Shown here: piece by piece, positions 1 to 14,339 of the stretch
Numbering within the stretch: position 1 is the stretch's first letter
How the letters are laid out: every line of letters begins with the position of its first letter
Assembly: GCA_043228905.1 (NCBI GenBank)
Contig: JBHGNT010000011.1
Coordinates: 18,910,001 to 18,974,000 of the forward strand
Direction: 5' to 3'
From: Azolla caroliniana
Taxonomy: Eukaryota > Plantae > Polypodiophyta
DNA: 64,000 bases
Made by a program: the position numbers and the translations under genes
Notes under the pieces: generated by a model
Told to the model about the DNA's origin: nothing
Database searches by the model: none
The model's input: the letters and a program-made list of their open reading frames with translations, nothing else

Positions 1-3000
1 TACTCATTCGTGAAGACCATAAAGACTGTATTTTGAGTAACAAACCATTGATGATTTAAGAATGAGTATAAAAACTGTACATGGACTTCATTTGAAGAAA
101 TAAATATATAGGAAGAGGCCTATTTTTGTTGATTCCCTCTAATGTTTCTTGTTCATTTTTTAATGTCCTCTAATTGCCCACCTTCAGTTGCTGCTTAATC
201 CATTATAGGATCTACTTGAAATTGGGTTGCCTACATAGTACCTATAATTGAATAGATTACAGACAAAATAGGTGTGGATGTCAACCGGTGTATCAGCTGA
301 AATGGTTGCATGTAGGAGGAAGGTGAAGGAGAGCAAAACAATGACATAAAGAGAGGGAGAGAGAGATTTAATGGGTCCCTCACCTCTGTTACTAAGATGC
401 ATGTAGTTTTTGTGCATTCGAACGAAGTACCTACCTTGTAGTAGGAATGGTTGGAATTTTACTAGTAGTTAACCAGAGGGTGGTGCATCTTGGTAGCAAA
501 GCATGAAAAACAACCCTAATGATTCTATATGCCGACATTCCATTGTACCTTGCTCCTAGGTTTTTGGCCAATCAGAGGTTTGTTGTTTCTCATCAATGCG
601 AGATCAAAGTTGACAAAACACCTCAATACTCATAAGAGAAAGCTACATAGAATTCAAGTCTATCTCTTCTACATTTTTTTTGTCTATTTGGTTAAGCTAT
701 ATGTGCTCCTTCTATCTGGTTTCCAAGAATGTCGCAAGTGAATTCAAGTTTGATTGCCATTTGTTGAACACCTTAGTGATGCATGTGTTGCATTGTCCAT
801 CACATCTTGTTAATATTAGCAGATAAAGTCTTAGCTGATATAAATATTTGTTCACCCATCCACTTCCAACCCCATCTTGTAGGGTTTATATGGCTTGATA
901 ATATCCTTCTTTACGTCTTGAACTCTCCATGTCATACAAGAACACAATAATGTAACCCTTTGTCTAATGACATCCTCATGCATAAATTATTTATGTATGT
1001 GCATTCTCCATTTCCTCGACAAAGCACCCATGTGCATGTCAACCTTAGCATTTCCTTCGTTGTAGTGCTTAGCAAGCAATATTTTCATGTGTTTTAAAGA
1101 GGATACACCAATTAAGAGTTATAATCCAACTTTGATGTCAGTTTATTGAAGCATAAACGATGTTGATAAGGGACATCATAAGGTCGTCACATATTTCCAT
1201 TAATGGGATAACAATGCTGAACAACAAACACATTTTTCGTATGGCACTATCACATGCCAAAACACAATAGAAACCCCCAAAACATTCATCGATTGTGAGA
1301 AAGTCTTCCTATATAGTGCATAAAGCAAAGTCTTCCTCTCTTCACCAAAATTGTTATCATTGCAATGGTATCTAAATGGTTCCTAGAACTTCATAATGAG
1401 GAGAGGGAGAATGAATCAACACAATCCATGAGAAGAATAAGATTATTATGACTTTAAATTTCTTTTATGAAAAAGGAATCCAAACTTGGTAAAGCTCTAT
1501 TTTGGATAAATAATTCAATATTTAATTAAACATAAAATTGAAAATGATATCTTGTTTTAATGGAGATTTTGTAAATAATTTATTTTTAAGGACCTTGGTA
1601 TGATCACAATCTATTCCCTTCCTTTCTTTGCCTAGATTTGGTAACATACATGCTTAATTTTTTGTTCACATTTTAATAAGGTTTTCTACCAAGGTTTTCA
1701 TCCCCGATGACAAGTTCACATTTGGATTCTCTTGCAATGTTTGTGACACCACACTAGACACTAGAACCTATTTTTTGGGGAAAGAAACACTCCAATCTTG
1801 GGTCATAAAGTCAAAAAGCAACTTCGCAAAAAGTAATGTAAGAGTTCATATACATAAAAGGTAGAAATACACAACCAAAGTTTGTGTAGTGGATATTGTT
1901 ACATTTTTCATTATGTATGAAATAGTTCAACGTTGGAAGTAGGGCCTAACGATGATGTATCAAATAGCTAAAATTGGGATGAATAAACGTGCGAAAAAAG
2001 TAACCCTCGTGTGTTTAAAATGAATATTTTTTGACAAAGGAGTTGTCTCGTAATTGTGGCATTATGTGGACAATTCCTACTCTCTTTGAGAATGAGTAAA
2101 CAAACAACAAGTAGAAATGTAGAAACTTGTAAGAAGTCATCATTTTTTAAGGGCATGGGTTGTACATTATGTTTACCCTCTAGCTAAGCAACAATTGAGA
2201 GGAATAAAGGAAGTCCACACAAGGGGTTTCTTCTTGGGTCAAAACAATCTAATCACATATGGTTATGATAGATATTAGCGTGTTACATTGTGTTCCTAGC
2301 TTTACTTGAGTATAATGATTGAAGTGGACAATTTCTATATTACATGATGGTGATTGATTGTAATGCTTTGTATACCCCTTACCTATGGAGAAGATAAAAA
2401 ATGTGTTCCACTTTCCTTACACGTACTAGTGTTATCCACAATTCAAGCAGTGACTCTTCATGGTGGGAGCTCTACATTTTTCACATGTTTTGAATAGTGA
2501 TATTGACATTTAGATAAAAGGAATGTATAGATCCTTCAACAATTACATGCAAGAGAGATGATTATAAACAAAAATAATATTCCCTCCATTTACTAAAAGA
2601 ATTTAATCCACCCTAGTGTAGAACAATACTAAAAGAGCCTAAATTAATTATTGGAGCACTTAATATACGTGAATGAATTGAAATACAGAGTCCATGTGAT
2701 CAAGCGAGATGCAGGTGTGAAGGAATCTAGGCGGCTCATTCCTGGACCTGGTTTCTTATACTTTTTGCATTAAATCTCTCTTCTGAAAATCATTTTTCTG
2801 AATTGTTTTTATGTTTTAATTTTGGAAATTTTCTATATTTCAATTCTGATGTGTTTTTGAATATCGTGTGTTGTGTCTCTTTGATTAGCTGGTCATGGTA
2901 TCCTTTTTTTGTTTCTTATAGGACATTGCTTTCCACATATTGTCGATCTAGTCAAATCTCTAGACACATTTGTCTCATGCATTCCTCTTACACACTCTCT

Positions 3001-5315
3001 AGCTACCAACACTCCTCCTCCCTTGAATTGTTGGCTAAAGCAAGAACCTAAGTAATTATGCGTCAAAAACATCAAGCATATTAGTTAATGATGTATAGAA
3101 GATATGCCATTAAGCACATCAGGCTTCCAATGGCCACTTCGCACAAATCTAATATAAAGTGAGAGAGGGAGAGGGGAGAGGAGAAGAGCTCTAGCTTAAA
3201 TCCTAGAGATGAAGAAGAACTAAAATGGCACAACAGTAACAATGGTAGTCTCTTACGAAGGTAATGGCCAATCTCTCACTTTATAGCTATATCTCTCGTG
3301 GCTACTCTTGCATCCTTGGTATCAATGTAGATATCCTAATTGGCAGTGACACATATGCCAAGTACTTAACATCCCCCTAACCTAGTGAGTACACACTACT
3401 AGGTGCACCATGTTGAATGTCGTTGGGTAAACCTTAGTCCATGGGGGTGAAGAAGGATGTAGAGGAAAGGGAGAGGAAGGTGGGAACTTTTCTCTCTCCC
3501 TCTCATTTTACACGAAATTAGTGTTTAGTGATCATTTGAAGCCAGGCACTCATATCTTTGCATGTGTTATGTAGTGTATCTCAACTAATTGAAGCATGGT
3601 TCGCTTGTTTATATATATGTATATATGTATATATAGTCTTACATGCTATTAAGTATAAACTTGCATGCTTCACACACTATCGAAAAGAATGCAGTTTGTT
3701 AAAATTATGTTCAGAAACATGTGCTTGAATTGCTCGTTGAAATAATGTGCACGTTATATACTCTTTTAGAATCCCATAAGAAATGTTGATTGGTGTACTG
3801 ATTGCTCAATGTGTCATCTTTGCTATAGATTAGATAGGACCCCATTACATTATAGAAAAAGACATATAATGTATCATATTATGTTTGGCAATGTAGTTGT
3901 GATTAACAACTACACAAAGAAACCAAACTAGTTTTGATGCATAATATTTCCGCAATACATTGAAAGAAATAAATGTAAATACCATGAGACACTTATAGAA
4001 CATGAAACATATGCCCAAATAGAATTTGTTTCAAACCAAGAATTTCCCTCAATATCTATATAGCCCTCATTGCATTCTTCCAATGCTTTCGATCTAATCC
4101 TAAATCTATTTATAACTCAAAATAGATTACGTTAATGCAACAGTGAGGCTTAAATAATGTAGTCAGCATATTAATATATCAAGGGTCAAATTTCAGAATT
4201 TATGTTGCTCAATTTCTCACAGTGATTGTTTACTTGCTTATTCATACTTCGCTATTAGGTTCCCCCTTGGTCGTTAATCTAATATTAAAATAAATCAATT
4301 GGCATTGGTTAATGAACAATTGTTGAGACACAAAATTATGCGTGAAACACTCCAACCACATTTTTGGAACACAAGTTATATCTTGAGACATGAGAGTTTT
4401 GTCTACTTTAATGTTGGATACTTCTTGCAAGTTGCTCAATACTTGCAACAATGTTTTTGGACTAGTGAAATCGTAGAGCAAGAAATAATATGGATCTACA
4501 TGATTGTAAAGGACAAATTGTACTAATAAAAATGTTGCTCTTTTTTACATTGATCTAGGTAATGCCAGAAAGGGAGAACTCCTCCTGCTCCAACTATGTA
4601 TCTCTAAATTATTCTTTTAGCTAACTTTGTCGCACTTTGTCGCACATCTAGCCAAACATGTATGATAGTTGTGAAACGCTTGACTTTGTAACAGACCTCT
4701 AAGGGATAGTGGTCACTAGTAAATGCATAAGATACAAATTAGTCTGACATAAGTTCCACATATCCCCATATTTTATTATTTAATAGTGACAAGAGGTGTG
4801 TTAAAGAGAATATTCACATATTGAATTGGAAAAGGTGTATTGTTCAAGAAAAAAAATACATATGACATACTTTTGTGAATAAACCTTGAACATGAATAAA
4901 CCTTGCTACTCTATGGATGGGTTATGACTCATGAGTCATGACACCTTGTTAATCTATTGAGTGTTTGAACTCTATATGTGGCTAGAATCTAGATGCATGA
5001 GCTACAAGGACCTAACTTTGTTGATTCCTTCTCACCTAACAAGGTGCCCTAGGGACTCGTTCTCAATATAAGCATTAGAATAGTGATGTTATCAATTGTA
5101 GAAGTTTTACGAATGACGATGTCATGACACAATATAACAAATAATGTTATTTCACTTTACCAATTAATAATAGTACATATTGATGCATTGAATATCTTAG
5201 GTTTTAAGTTGCAATCATTATGTTATGAAACCTCTTAGACTAGGAAATTAGAGGGGCAAAACATTTGGGAACATTTAAATGTCACTACATTTTTGTGTCA
5301 AGGCAACTAGAGAAC

Positions 5316-5672
5316 TTTTTTCTTTTTTTTTTTCCAAAAAAAAACTCCTTCCATTAGTTATAAAATTTTACAAATGAGACGATTATGTACAAATCCCTGA
5401 AGGGACGCGATAGTTCCATCTTATGTGGATGCCTACTGACTCAAGAAAGGGAGAGGACAACCATTGTTGGATGAAGGCTATTCGATGTCTTTCAACTCCC
5501 TCGGAGCCGCCCTTAAGGCCATCATATTGGCTCTTCAAAGTGGCTACAATTTCACTCCATATGTCTTGCAGTAACCTTGTTGGATGTGCGGTTTGGTTGG
5601 AGAAGACTCGCCTACATCATTGTTTCCATAGAATCCAAAGGGTTATTGGGCTGACCAATTCCAACACCTCTA
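5316..5672 (-). mobile_element. 5'-truncated L1-type LINE 3' fragment
   Basis: T-tract at 5316-5333 is a poly(A) tail on the - strand. The - strand reads ILWKQ*CRRV, similar to the L1 C-terminal IWK.RC motif. Flanked by a ~40-bp imperfect direct repeat (ttgtgtcaaggcaactagag core at ~5293 and ~5690). Confidence 0.6.
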
Positions 5673-7355
5673 TTTAAATTTCATTACATTTGTGTCAAGG
5701 CAACTAGAGGACTTATAAATGGATTCACGAAAGATGACATTTAATATGTAGATTCGTTGTAGGTGCAACTGTGCAATAGAGTGGTATCAAGACAACTAGA
5801 TGGCCGACATTGCTTTGTAGAAGATGAAATTCAACAAATCATTAAGGCAATTCCATGTACCATGGTTCTACAAAATCTCTCACAAACCTCGATTTAACTA
5901 GATGCACCATATAAAGATTATGAATCTAAACATTGGTTGTCGATACAATGTGATTTTCATCACCTAATGCAAATCCACTTCAATTAATATCTTAATCTCC
6001 CTTTCATAAGCAATTTATGATGGGATGTGTGGTAAGGGTGACAAATATCTCTCCACGTATGAAATTTCGTCGGTATTGCACCGAAAGTAAAATTTGCTAT
6101 GCCTTTGTGATTGTGTAGATTACGTTGCATGTGAGTTATAATTGGTAACACTTTTGTGAAGACTTGGAAGTCTTTTGGAATAGGTAGATTGTTGAAAGTG
6201 TGACTAAATATACATATTCTACAACTTTTTAATTTGGTCTTCTTTTTAGAGAACATTGTGACGAGAGTGATGACAAAGGACTAGCGACAAAAACAGGTGC
6301 ATGTGTAAAAAGGCAATATAGTAGTATGACAAAAATCAACAATATTTAACGAGCACACACACACACACACACATTTATATAAAATTTAGTATCACCTTCA
6401 TGGACCTTTGGATCAAACACTCTATTGTATCAAGACTTATGGATATGTCCATACATCATTGTTCATGTTATATGCCATTCATCAATGTTACTCCTGAATC
6501 ATGAGATACGAAGATGGAGCTTCTTGTTTGCGGATTGCTATGATGTAAGCATACCCATTGTGAACAACAACTTACTGAATCATCGCCATAATATCATAAT
6601 ACAATACGTCCATATTTTAAAAATTCTAACATACACATTCCTAACAACATTGTAAAATGCGATCATTATTTGAGTAATGTTATTTCCTATTGAATTGAGT
6701 TTCTTTCCATGCTTAAAATAATGGAAAGAAAACTATGAGAAAATATTATGGATTTATAGGAAAATAACAAATCGTGAAATACAAATTTATATTGTATTTG
6801 TTCCTTGTATGAATACTTACAAGTTACAACTAACAAATTTAAATATGAGATACTTGTATTTTAGGGAATGATGGTACCTTTTCCCATAATGTCATGAGGA
6901 TGATCATGTTTCATGAAATGTGAGGTAATTATATTAACATTGAACCAAACATGAAACATACACTTAAAGTAGGATCACAGTTAACGTCAATTCTTTGTCT
7001 TTTAGTTGGTACATGACGAATGCAAAGTTGGTGCTTACATGAAAAGGGTGACTTAATAAGGCAACTCGGCCCCCAACCCAATGAATTACCTAATCATAGC
7101 AAAAATGGCACAAATTTTACATGCATGTCATCAATGGTGGTATACACCATATACTAATTCTAGTAAAAGTTGTGGAAGTTAGTAATCCATCATATACAAC
7201 ATATCCTCATCATATACACATAGGGAACATAGGTTTTAAAACATCATAGGCAATGTGATCAATCACATTAACATCGTCTACTCAATGGTTATAATGTCAT
7301 CATTTAGCTACCTATCATATAACTAAGAACTAAGATTAAGACATTAAACTCTTGC

Positions 7356-10300
7356 CTATGAGATTGAGTGCCTATGCCTAATGGGGGCTTTGGTTGGGGC
7401 CTTACTAAAATTAGTGTCAACACTTTCCACGACCTTCGATGGGGCAATAGTAGTCGTATTACTACTCATTGATACACCAGAGCTCCCTCCTCCTGAACTT
7501 TTGGATACATTTGAATCCAACTTATTAATGTTCCCTATACTTACACTAGAGGAGCTATAGATGGAGAGAATCTTGTTGAGAATTTTCTTGGGGTTGGAGA
7601 ATACATTGGTCTTTAAAGATGGCTTGCATGCCCGTAATACTCCTTGTACTGGGTCATTCATGATATTATTGGTGGGCCCATGATGATCTAGTTCAATACA
7701 ATTGGCATTAATGTTATGAGTATGCCCATGTGAGCTAGGGGGGTGTTCGCCTTCATTTTTAAGGCCTGCTTTCCTTGCCATTATTGTTGTCCTTGCTTGC
7801 TCAAAGAAGAGCACTTGCACCACCACTCTCAATGGAAGTCTCTCATTTTGTGCAACATGCATAGAAACTTCTGGGGATAGCTTCTTACAATCTATAAGTC
7901 CACAGACTCTCTTCTTCTCATTCTTCATAAGTTGGGGGTGCTCCTGCATCATTAAACAAGCATTTAGCAATTTGTATACATATTTTCATTTATGTCTAAA
8001 CTTTGTTGGTCTTAATCTCAAGTTCAATATCTCCCTCAACACAAGACAAGGTTAGGTTCAATCACAACAATCTCTCTCTCAAAAGGTTGCTATTTGTCCC
8101 TAGGATGAAGTCAATACCATTGGCATTCAAGGCTAACATTCCCTTATTGTGGGTATTTAGAAGTTCTAATTCACAGTCACACATGTAGGGTCAACATCTT
8201 AAACTACAATGTTGTGTACTTTACACTACAATCTACGATGCGACACCTTTCACATGAGTGACCATATATCAATGCTCCCCTATGTCAATTACCCAACAAG
8301 TCCTTAACACTCACAACATTTCCAAGTTGGACGAACCTACCCTCGCCTATTAAGTGCTCACACATATACTATATGTTTGAGCATATGAACCATATTAGCC
8401 ACATATAGCCACACCCTCTACAATACCAAAGGAGACTTTCCTCCAACACTTTTTTTCAATCCCACAGTCAATTTTGTGCCCACGAGAGAGCACGATAACA
8501 CATTGGTTGACATCTTCGCCATCATCTCTCTCCATATTCATTCTCCAAGGATGATAATAGGTTTATACATCTCATACACAACCCAACAATTGGTTAATTT
8601 AGTTAATTATTTATATATTATTTAATGATTCATGTGCTTGAAAATACCTTGAGATAGATGTCAATGGCTTTATATAGATCATCATGTACTGGACGAGCAA
8701 ATGCGGGGATCGTCTCTGCGAGAGTAACAAACTTTGCTAGGGGCAAGTTGGGATCTCGTGCGATTTCCGATAGGTAGCCATCGATGAGCTTCCCCACTTT
8801 GAGAACCGAACTCTCGGGGATAACATTCATGTCATTGGCCGTGCTAGTAGATCCATCTCCATCAATAGATCCATCGAATTCGAGGTAGTCATCGGAATCG
8901 TCCGTACCGACACGAGGGGGCATCGAAGTTGGGTTGCACAATCTTTCGGGTTCCTTGGGTTGTGACCGGGGGATTATGTGGTGATCGCTACTTTGGGACC
9001 TTGGGGAAGGCCGAAGTACCCCTAGTAAGAAATGCTCGAGGATATGGTGCACAAGGTCCACATCGTAGAGAGCATCATTTGCATAGGACAAGCAAGGGAT
9101 GAGCATGTCATGGAGTGAAGCCTCATGTAGTTGGAGACCAATCCTTCTAGCAAGCTCAAGTTTGGGGGTGTCCTCCACACCCAAGATGACACCTGCCTTG
9201 AGCAATCTCATCATGAAGCTACACGAGCATGATCCCTTCTCTTCGGGCATAAGGCGGACAATAGTCTCTAGCACGAGCTTATGGTCGAGGCCAGCACGAT
9301 GGGCGGCCGGACAACCCACATCCTGACCATAGAAACTACCACTGTCACTACTAGTACCAACCATGTGGGCTTGTTTAGAGATCCCAGGTAACCATCTGTA
9401 GGCATAGACCCGCAAGGCCTCACCAATCAATCTGCCACACATCCTTCCTTTGGCCTTGATGGCCACCATGACCCTATAGAAGAAGTCCACATCCAAGTCA
9501 CAAATGTCCTCCACCCACCAGTCAGTAGGGACAAGAAACCCTAACCCTAATTTCCTAGGGCTAGCACCTGCATTTTGAGAGGCATTGGTGGCCAGTTGGG
9601 AAGAATGGCTCCTGCTGCTCGGCCCGAATGCATCGGGCCGCCTTTTTCTCGAGTATGTGAAGGACCAGTCGACTATGGAGGGGTCGACCGATGTCTTGGA
9701 CGCGATCGCATCGATGCATCGGCTCACTAGTTTCAAGTCCTGTGGCCATGGCCCCAATGTGGTGGCCCTAGTGGACTTTAGGGCAAAGATGGAGTCTTTC
9801 CAGCTTTTCAAGACACTAGAGCTCAAGAAAACCTCTAGCTTGAACACCAGGTTTCCTTTCTCCATGTCTTCCTTCATCTCGAGGTACTCTGCCGCGCATC
9901 GGGCGATGAGGATGTTGTATGCATTTAGGGTTATGGCGATTCCGTAGCAGAACCTAGCGCAGAGGCCGAATGCCTCGGCTCCCCCGGGCATGTCCGTAAC
10001 CCGGACATGCCCAGCCCAGTGGCTGTTGTCCGGATCATCTTCCTCAGGAGCCATGGCAATGCCATCGCGATCTCGATCCCGGTCTCGATCACGCGCTGCC
10101 CCCAGCTTTTGCAATCTACCACATTTAGAGAGGATTGGGAACTGCAAAATTGTGGTCTGATTGAATGTGTACTCTCATTCATTCAAATAGTATGAATGGA
10201 TGGTTCAGCTAGTTGAATGTTAAAATGCTGGGCTAATAAGGGCCCTAATTCTATGATTAGTGAATAGATTAAGCTAATTATGGATATAATTACAACATAC

Positions 10301-10564
10301 ACACATTATATATCCGTACCTTATGCAAGTAGAAAATGTGATCATCTACTTGAATGGTGAGATCACTTGGTAGATCATTAGCGACAGTCCTGCCATCACC
10401 AAAATGAATCCCCTTTGTGCTTAATTCTCTAATGCATTGAATTTCATTCACAGATGGTTAGCTCATTAAAAACCCTAATGAGTTAGTAATTGTACTCACG
10501 TGATGTTATTGCTGATGTTTGTCCGGAATGTGTCGGGCTTTGACCCCAATCTCATGTACTTCAT
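7356..10564 (-). CDS. NPY: BTB/POZ-NPH3 domain protein (NRL family, NPY/MAB4/MEL clade), 4 exons, ~738 aa
   Basis: Exons 10564-10500, 10389-10320, 10141-8648 and 7943-7356 all have GT-AG junctions and join in frame (2217 nt). Motifs: MKYMRLGSKPDTF, SDLTIQVDDHIFYLHK|FPILSKCG, DPSIVDWSFTY, DWWVEDICDL, RPVHDDLYKAIDIYLK|EHP, HVAQNERLPLRVVVQVLFFEQ, C-terminal RHSIS. The symbol names the clade, not a specific ortholog. Confidence 0.93.
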
Positions 10565-10944
10565 CTCTTAATAACTTGATTATGTGACTGACTTAATTAT
10601 CAAGTTAGACATAACTTTTTATTGATCCCAGAAGTTTAAATGGATGCCCTAAAAACCTAAGCAACTATCTAATGATCATTACTACTAGATCTTAAGAATT
10701 AATTGATGAGTGTGTTTTATGCCTAATTTCTGCTTGTAAATTTCTTTTAGAGTGGGTATTTGAGAGGACATCGAAACAGGGGAGATGGGCAGAAATTTTA
10801 AGTTAAAATAAAATGGAACCACAGCAATGATCCCATATACTCATCGCTCCTAATCATGTAAGAAAGAAACTAAGAGCCACTAATCCACATTAATTATATC
10901 CTTGATTGTCGAAACCTAGGGTAATGATGTTTCTTAAGTCAGTA

Positions 10945-11112
10945 GTCCCACACTGATGACATTTGTTGTCAACACTAATTACATTCATTTTTAAGTGGCT
11001 GAATCACTAATGACATCTGCTTAAGACACTAACCCCACACTAATGAAATTGTGCCGCTAACCCCACACTAATGGCATCCATTGAAGTGACTAGAACCCCA
11101 CTAATGACATCG
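10945..11112. repeat. Degenerate array of ~6 copies of (cc)cactaatgacat upstream of the NPY start
   Basis: cactgatgacat, cactaattacat, cactaatgacat, cactaatgaaat, cactaatggcat and cactaatgacat, spaced ~20-35 bp apart. Confidence 0.75.
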
Positions 11113-14100
11113 ATTTAAAGTGAATGACGAGGTTAAATCAAATTGATTGTTAAATAACCTCTATTAAATTACTGCTTAAATGGTGTTGTGAGAGATTAAA
11201 AGAAGAAGAAGAAGCAGCTAACTCCATGCCTTCATTTGGAGACTGGTCTCTCCAAATGAAAGCCTGGCCACACAAATTTAATAATAATAATTATTATATA
11301 AAAAAATAACTAAAATTTTCTTCCTAAGTCCTGACCATTCACTTTTTACTTTTTAATTCCAAAACAAAGATTCATTTTTTTGTTTATTATTTTTGTTTTC
11401 CAAATTATAGATAGAAAAAAAAAGACATTGTATTTGAGTGTGCTACAGCTGTTTGTATTTTGAGAAGAATAATGGGCTAGGATTTGGGTTTTTTGTTAAA
11501 ACATAAAAATGATTAGGGCTTAATCACACACACCCTCTGTTCCAGTTGATCCTTAATTAGCTATTTAATTACTTACTCTGTTTTTGTAGCTAATAATAAA
11601 CTAGCTACATACCCTCTTTACTAGCAAATTGTTAATTAGATACAGAATTACATAACCAGTTTTGTAGCTAAATACTTCATCAGCAACTTAATTACTGGCA
11701 TACCCTTTTCTGTAAGCTAATCCTTATGAGGATGATTATTCTATATACTCTTTTAGCACAGAGTTTGAGGGAATATTCTTGGGGGAGGTATTTACTATTT
11801 AAATATGTAAATGAGAAAACTGTGGAAGAGGAAACTTGGGGGTGGATCTGACAAACATCATGAATCATAATGATAGAAGAAGGATTTGTTTGGATTTGAA
11901 CCTAAGACCTCCTCCTCTCAAAAGGAGAGACCCAAAAAAGCTATATATGTACATCATTTTTATCATATGTTTTTTGAAGTTCTTCTTGTCTGTGTTTTTT
12001 TTATTGTTATTTTGCCTTGGTATAATACCTTTTGCATAATGCTATATAATATAGTATACTATATAATGCAATAGTAACTGTTCCTCTAGTCTCATAAACA
12101 TTACACACACCCATATGGATATAGTTTTTAAAATCATGTCACATATAAGGTTTATATGTGTTAGCCAGATTTATTATTTCATTATCGTCCTCGAATGTTG
12201 ATTTTACTATGACCTATGAAGACCATCAGGAAAGCAATCGTATGCCGCGTGCTTCTGGTGTTGATAAGTGACACTCGATGCTCGAGACAACTTTTACTAA
12301 GAAGCTTTTGCCATAGAGAGAGGGTGTGTGTGTGTGTGCATGTGATTGGCAAACTCGGAGAGTCCCCATTATTGTCTCTAGTATACATATAAATAAGTGA
12401 TGGTGTAGAATCTAGATACTTCTCAGAGATAGAGAGAGATTTTGTTATTGAATGTCAAATATGAACCATGAGACCAAAAATTATAACATATTTAGGTAAT
12501 ACATGTGAAAGTGAGTAGCAAATCTCAATATGAGAGAGAGGGGGGGGGAGAGATCTTGCTATTTATTGTGTACATAAGAACATATTGAGAAAATGTTTGG
12601 CGAGAATTCGAGCTTCTATAACCAAATATAGTAAACAAAAAAGAATCCTAACATTTCTCAAGACTTTTGTATAACTAAAACACGATATAAATAGGTTGTA
12701 CACTTCAATCAAACTATTGTTCGTTCTGTAGGCAATTTGTTCGACACACTTTTAGGAGTATCAATCACGACCATGTTATATATATATATATATAGTGTGT
12801 GTGTGTGTGTGTGTCCTATACGCTTGCATTTGTTATAAATATTCTATTTGCATGGTCTTATATACACCTAAAAATTTGGCCCTCATGGTGCAAGGGGATT
12901 TCCATTGTTCTATGGTAATATGATGTCTCTTCTATTAAAACTCCACATGAATGAGTGCTCATTCCATGTTTATAGAATGATCATATTATTATGCCAATTA
13001 GTATCATATTCACATAGATTTATGCTACATTGTTTTGACGTTAATAATCTTTAAAAAACCTGTATACCATGTACATCTATAAACATACTCATATATTCCA
13101 ATCTAGGGGCTTCATAAGCTATATAGTTATTTACATATTGCTAGCCTTAGTCACCCCCTATAGTCTCATACCCTCTCTTATGAATTCTTGTTTGCGCTTC
13201 TTGCTATTTTGTAGGTGTGGAGACTCTAGTGTGCCCAACATGACACTATTACAATGTCACGAAACACCCAAATTATAAATGCTTGACAATTGCAAGCAAT
13301 ACAACAAAGGCACTTCCAAATCTTGGAGTGAAAAAATCAAGAGTGAACATGAATTATGAGCTGCTTATGTACAATATTGCACATGGTTATCCCCCATTAT
13401 AGAAACATGAAATGGTTTTATGTATTGGGAAATACAAGAGAATTTGTGGCACATGACAACGAAATATTTCCATGTAAAGAATATCAAGCAAATGTGGCTT
13501 TCAAAAGACATACAATTACTTTTTGGACTCATAAAGCCAAGTTAGATTTAAGGATTTGGTAACTTGTAATAAAGGAGTTAGGTGGAATAGTAGCTTCCAA
13601 TGACAAACCAGAATAGATTTTCAATTATCTTTCACTGAGAACTAATACGAAAAGGATAAGAAAAAAACTTTGTAAGCACCATAAATGGCATTTGGCATGT
13701 CTTGCAATGTGTGGAAGGTGTGAAGACATGTGTGGGAAACTTCTTTTGATGCACTACTTTAAATTTAGATAAAATGTATGTACCCAATTGCAAATAATTA
13801 TCGAGTGAGATCATCACAAGCTGAGAAAAGTCTTAAAAGGCCTACAATGCAAGGAATGTACACATACAAACTCTCTTCGACACTCTATGAACGACTAATA
13901 TGTATGGGAAATTTTGAACATCTAGCAAAAATTGAGGACAAAAGTATGAAGTGTTTCTAGGAAACTATAGCAAGAGAGCATGGAGATAGTTTCAAATAGA
14001 TCAATCACTAACACCATAATTTGGCCTCAAGAATTGGTATGAATCCAACCATACATTATATGACATTCCCAATCAAGAGCATTTGCCTAATTGACTAGAA

Positions 14101-14339
14101 GTCAACCATTCTACTACAAACTCTCCATAGAAAATAAGGTAAAATATGTCATTTGAAATAAATCACTAGCACAAGCTAGGATCACAATGCCTTGGTCGCC
14201 ATACATATATTTCAACCATGGTTCTAGTCATTTGGCACCTTGCTAGCTTAAATATTTAATAGAGTGGTGTTTGAGAGTTTCCACACAAGTTGGGTTGATC
14301 ATACCATCATGTTGATACACAAAAATGGAGACATAATGA

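Noticed and set aside
4924-4939. Palindrome atgactcatgagtcat (similar at ~31617)
   Set aside because: Short, far from any gene start, and explicable by local slippage.
9099-10195. Overlapping and antisense ORFs within NPY exon 3
   Set aside because: Shadow frames of a GC-rich coding exon; the same applies to those over the NAC, PPR, SPS, F-box and G6PD exons.
10945-11112. CRISPR-like spaced repeats
   Set aside because: Eukaryotic context; the repeats are short and degenerate with irregular spacing, and there are no cas genes.
11230-11245. Similarity to CaMV 35S leader sequence ttcatttggaga, or a miRNA precursor
   Set aside because: Only a 12-nt match with no other vector sequence, and the hairpin is too short for a plant pre-miRNA.
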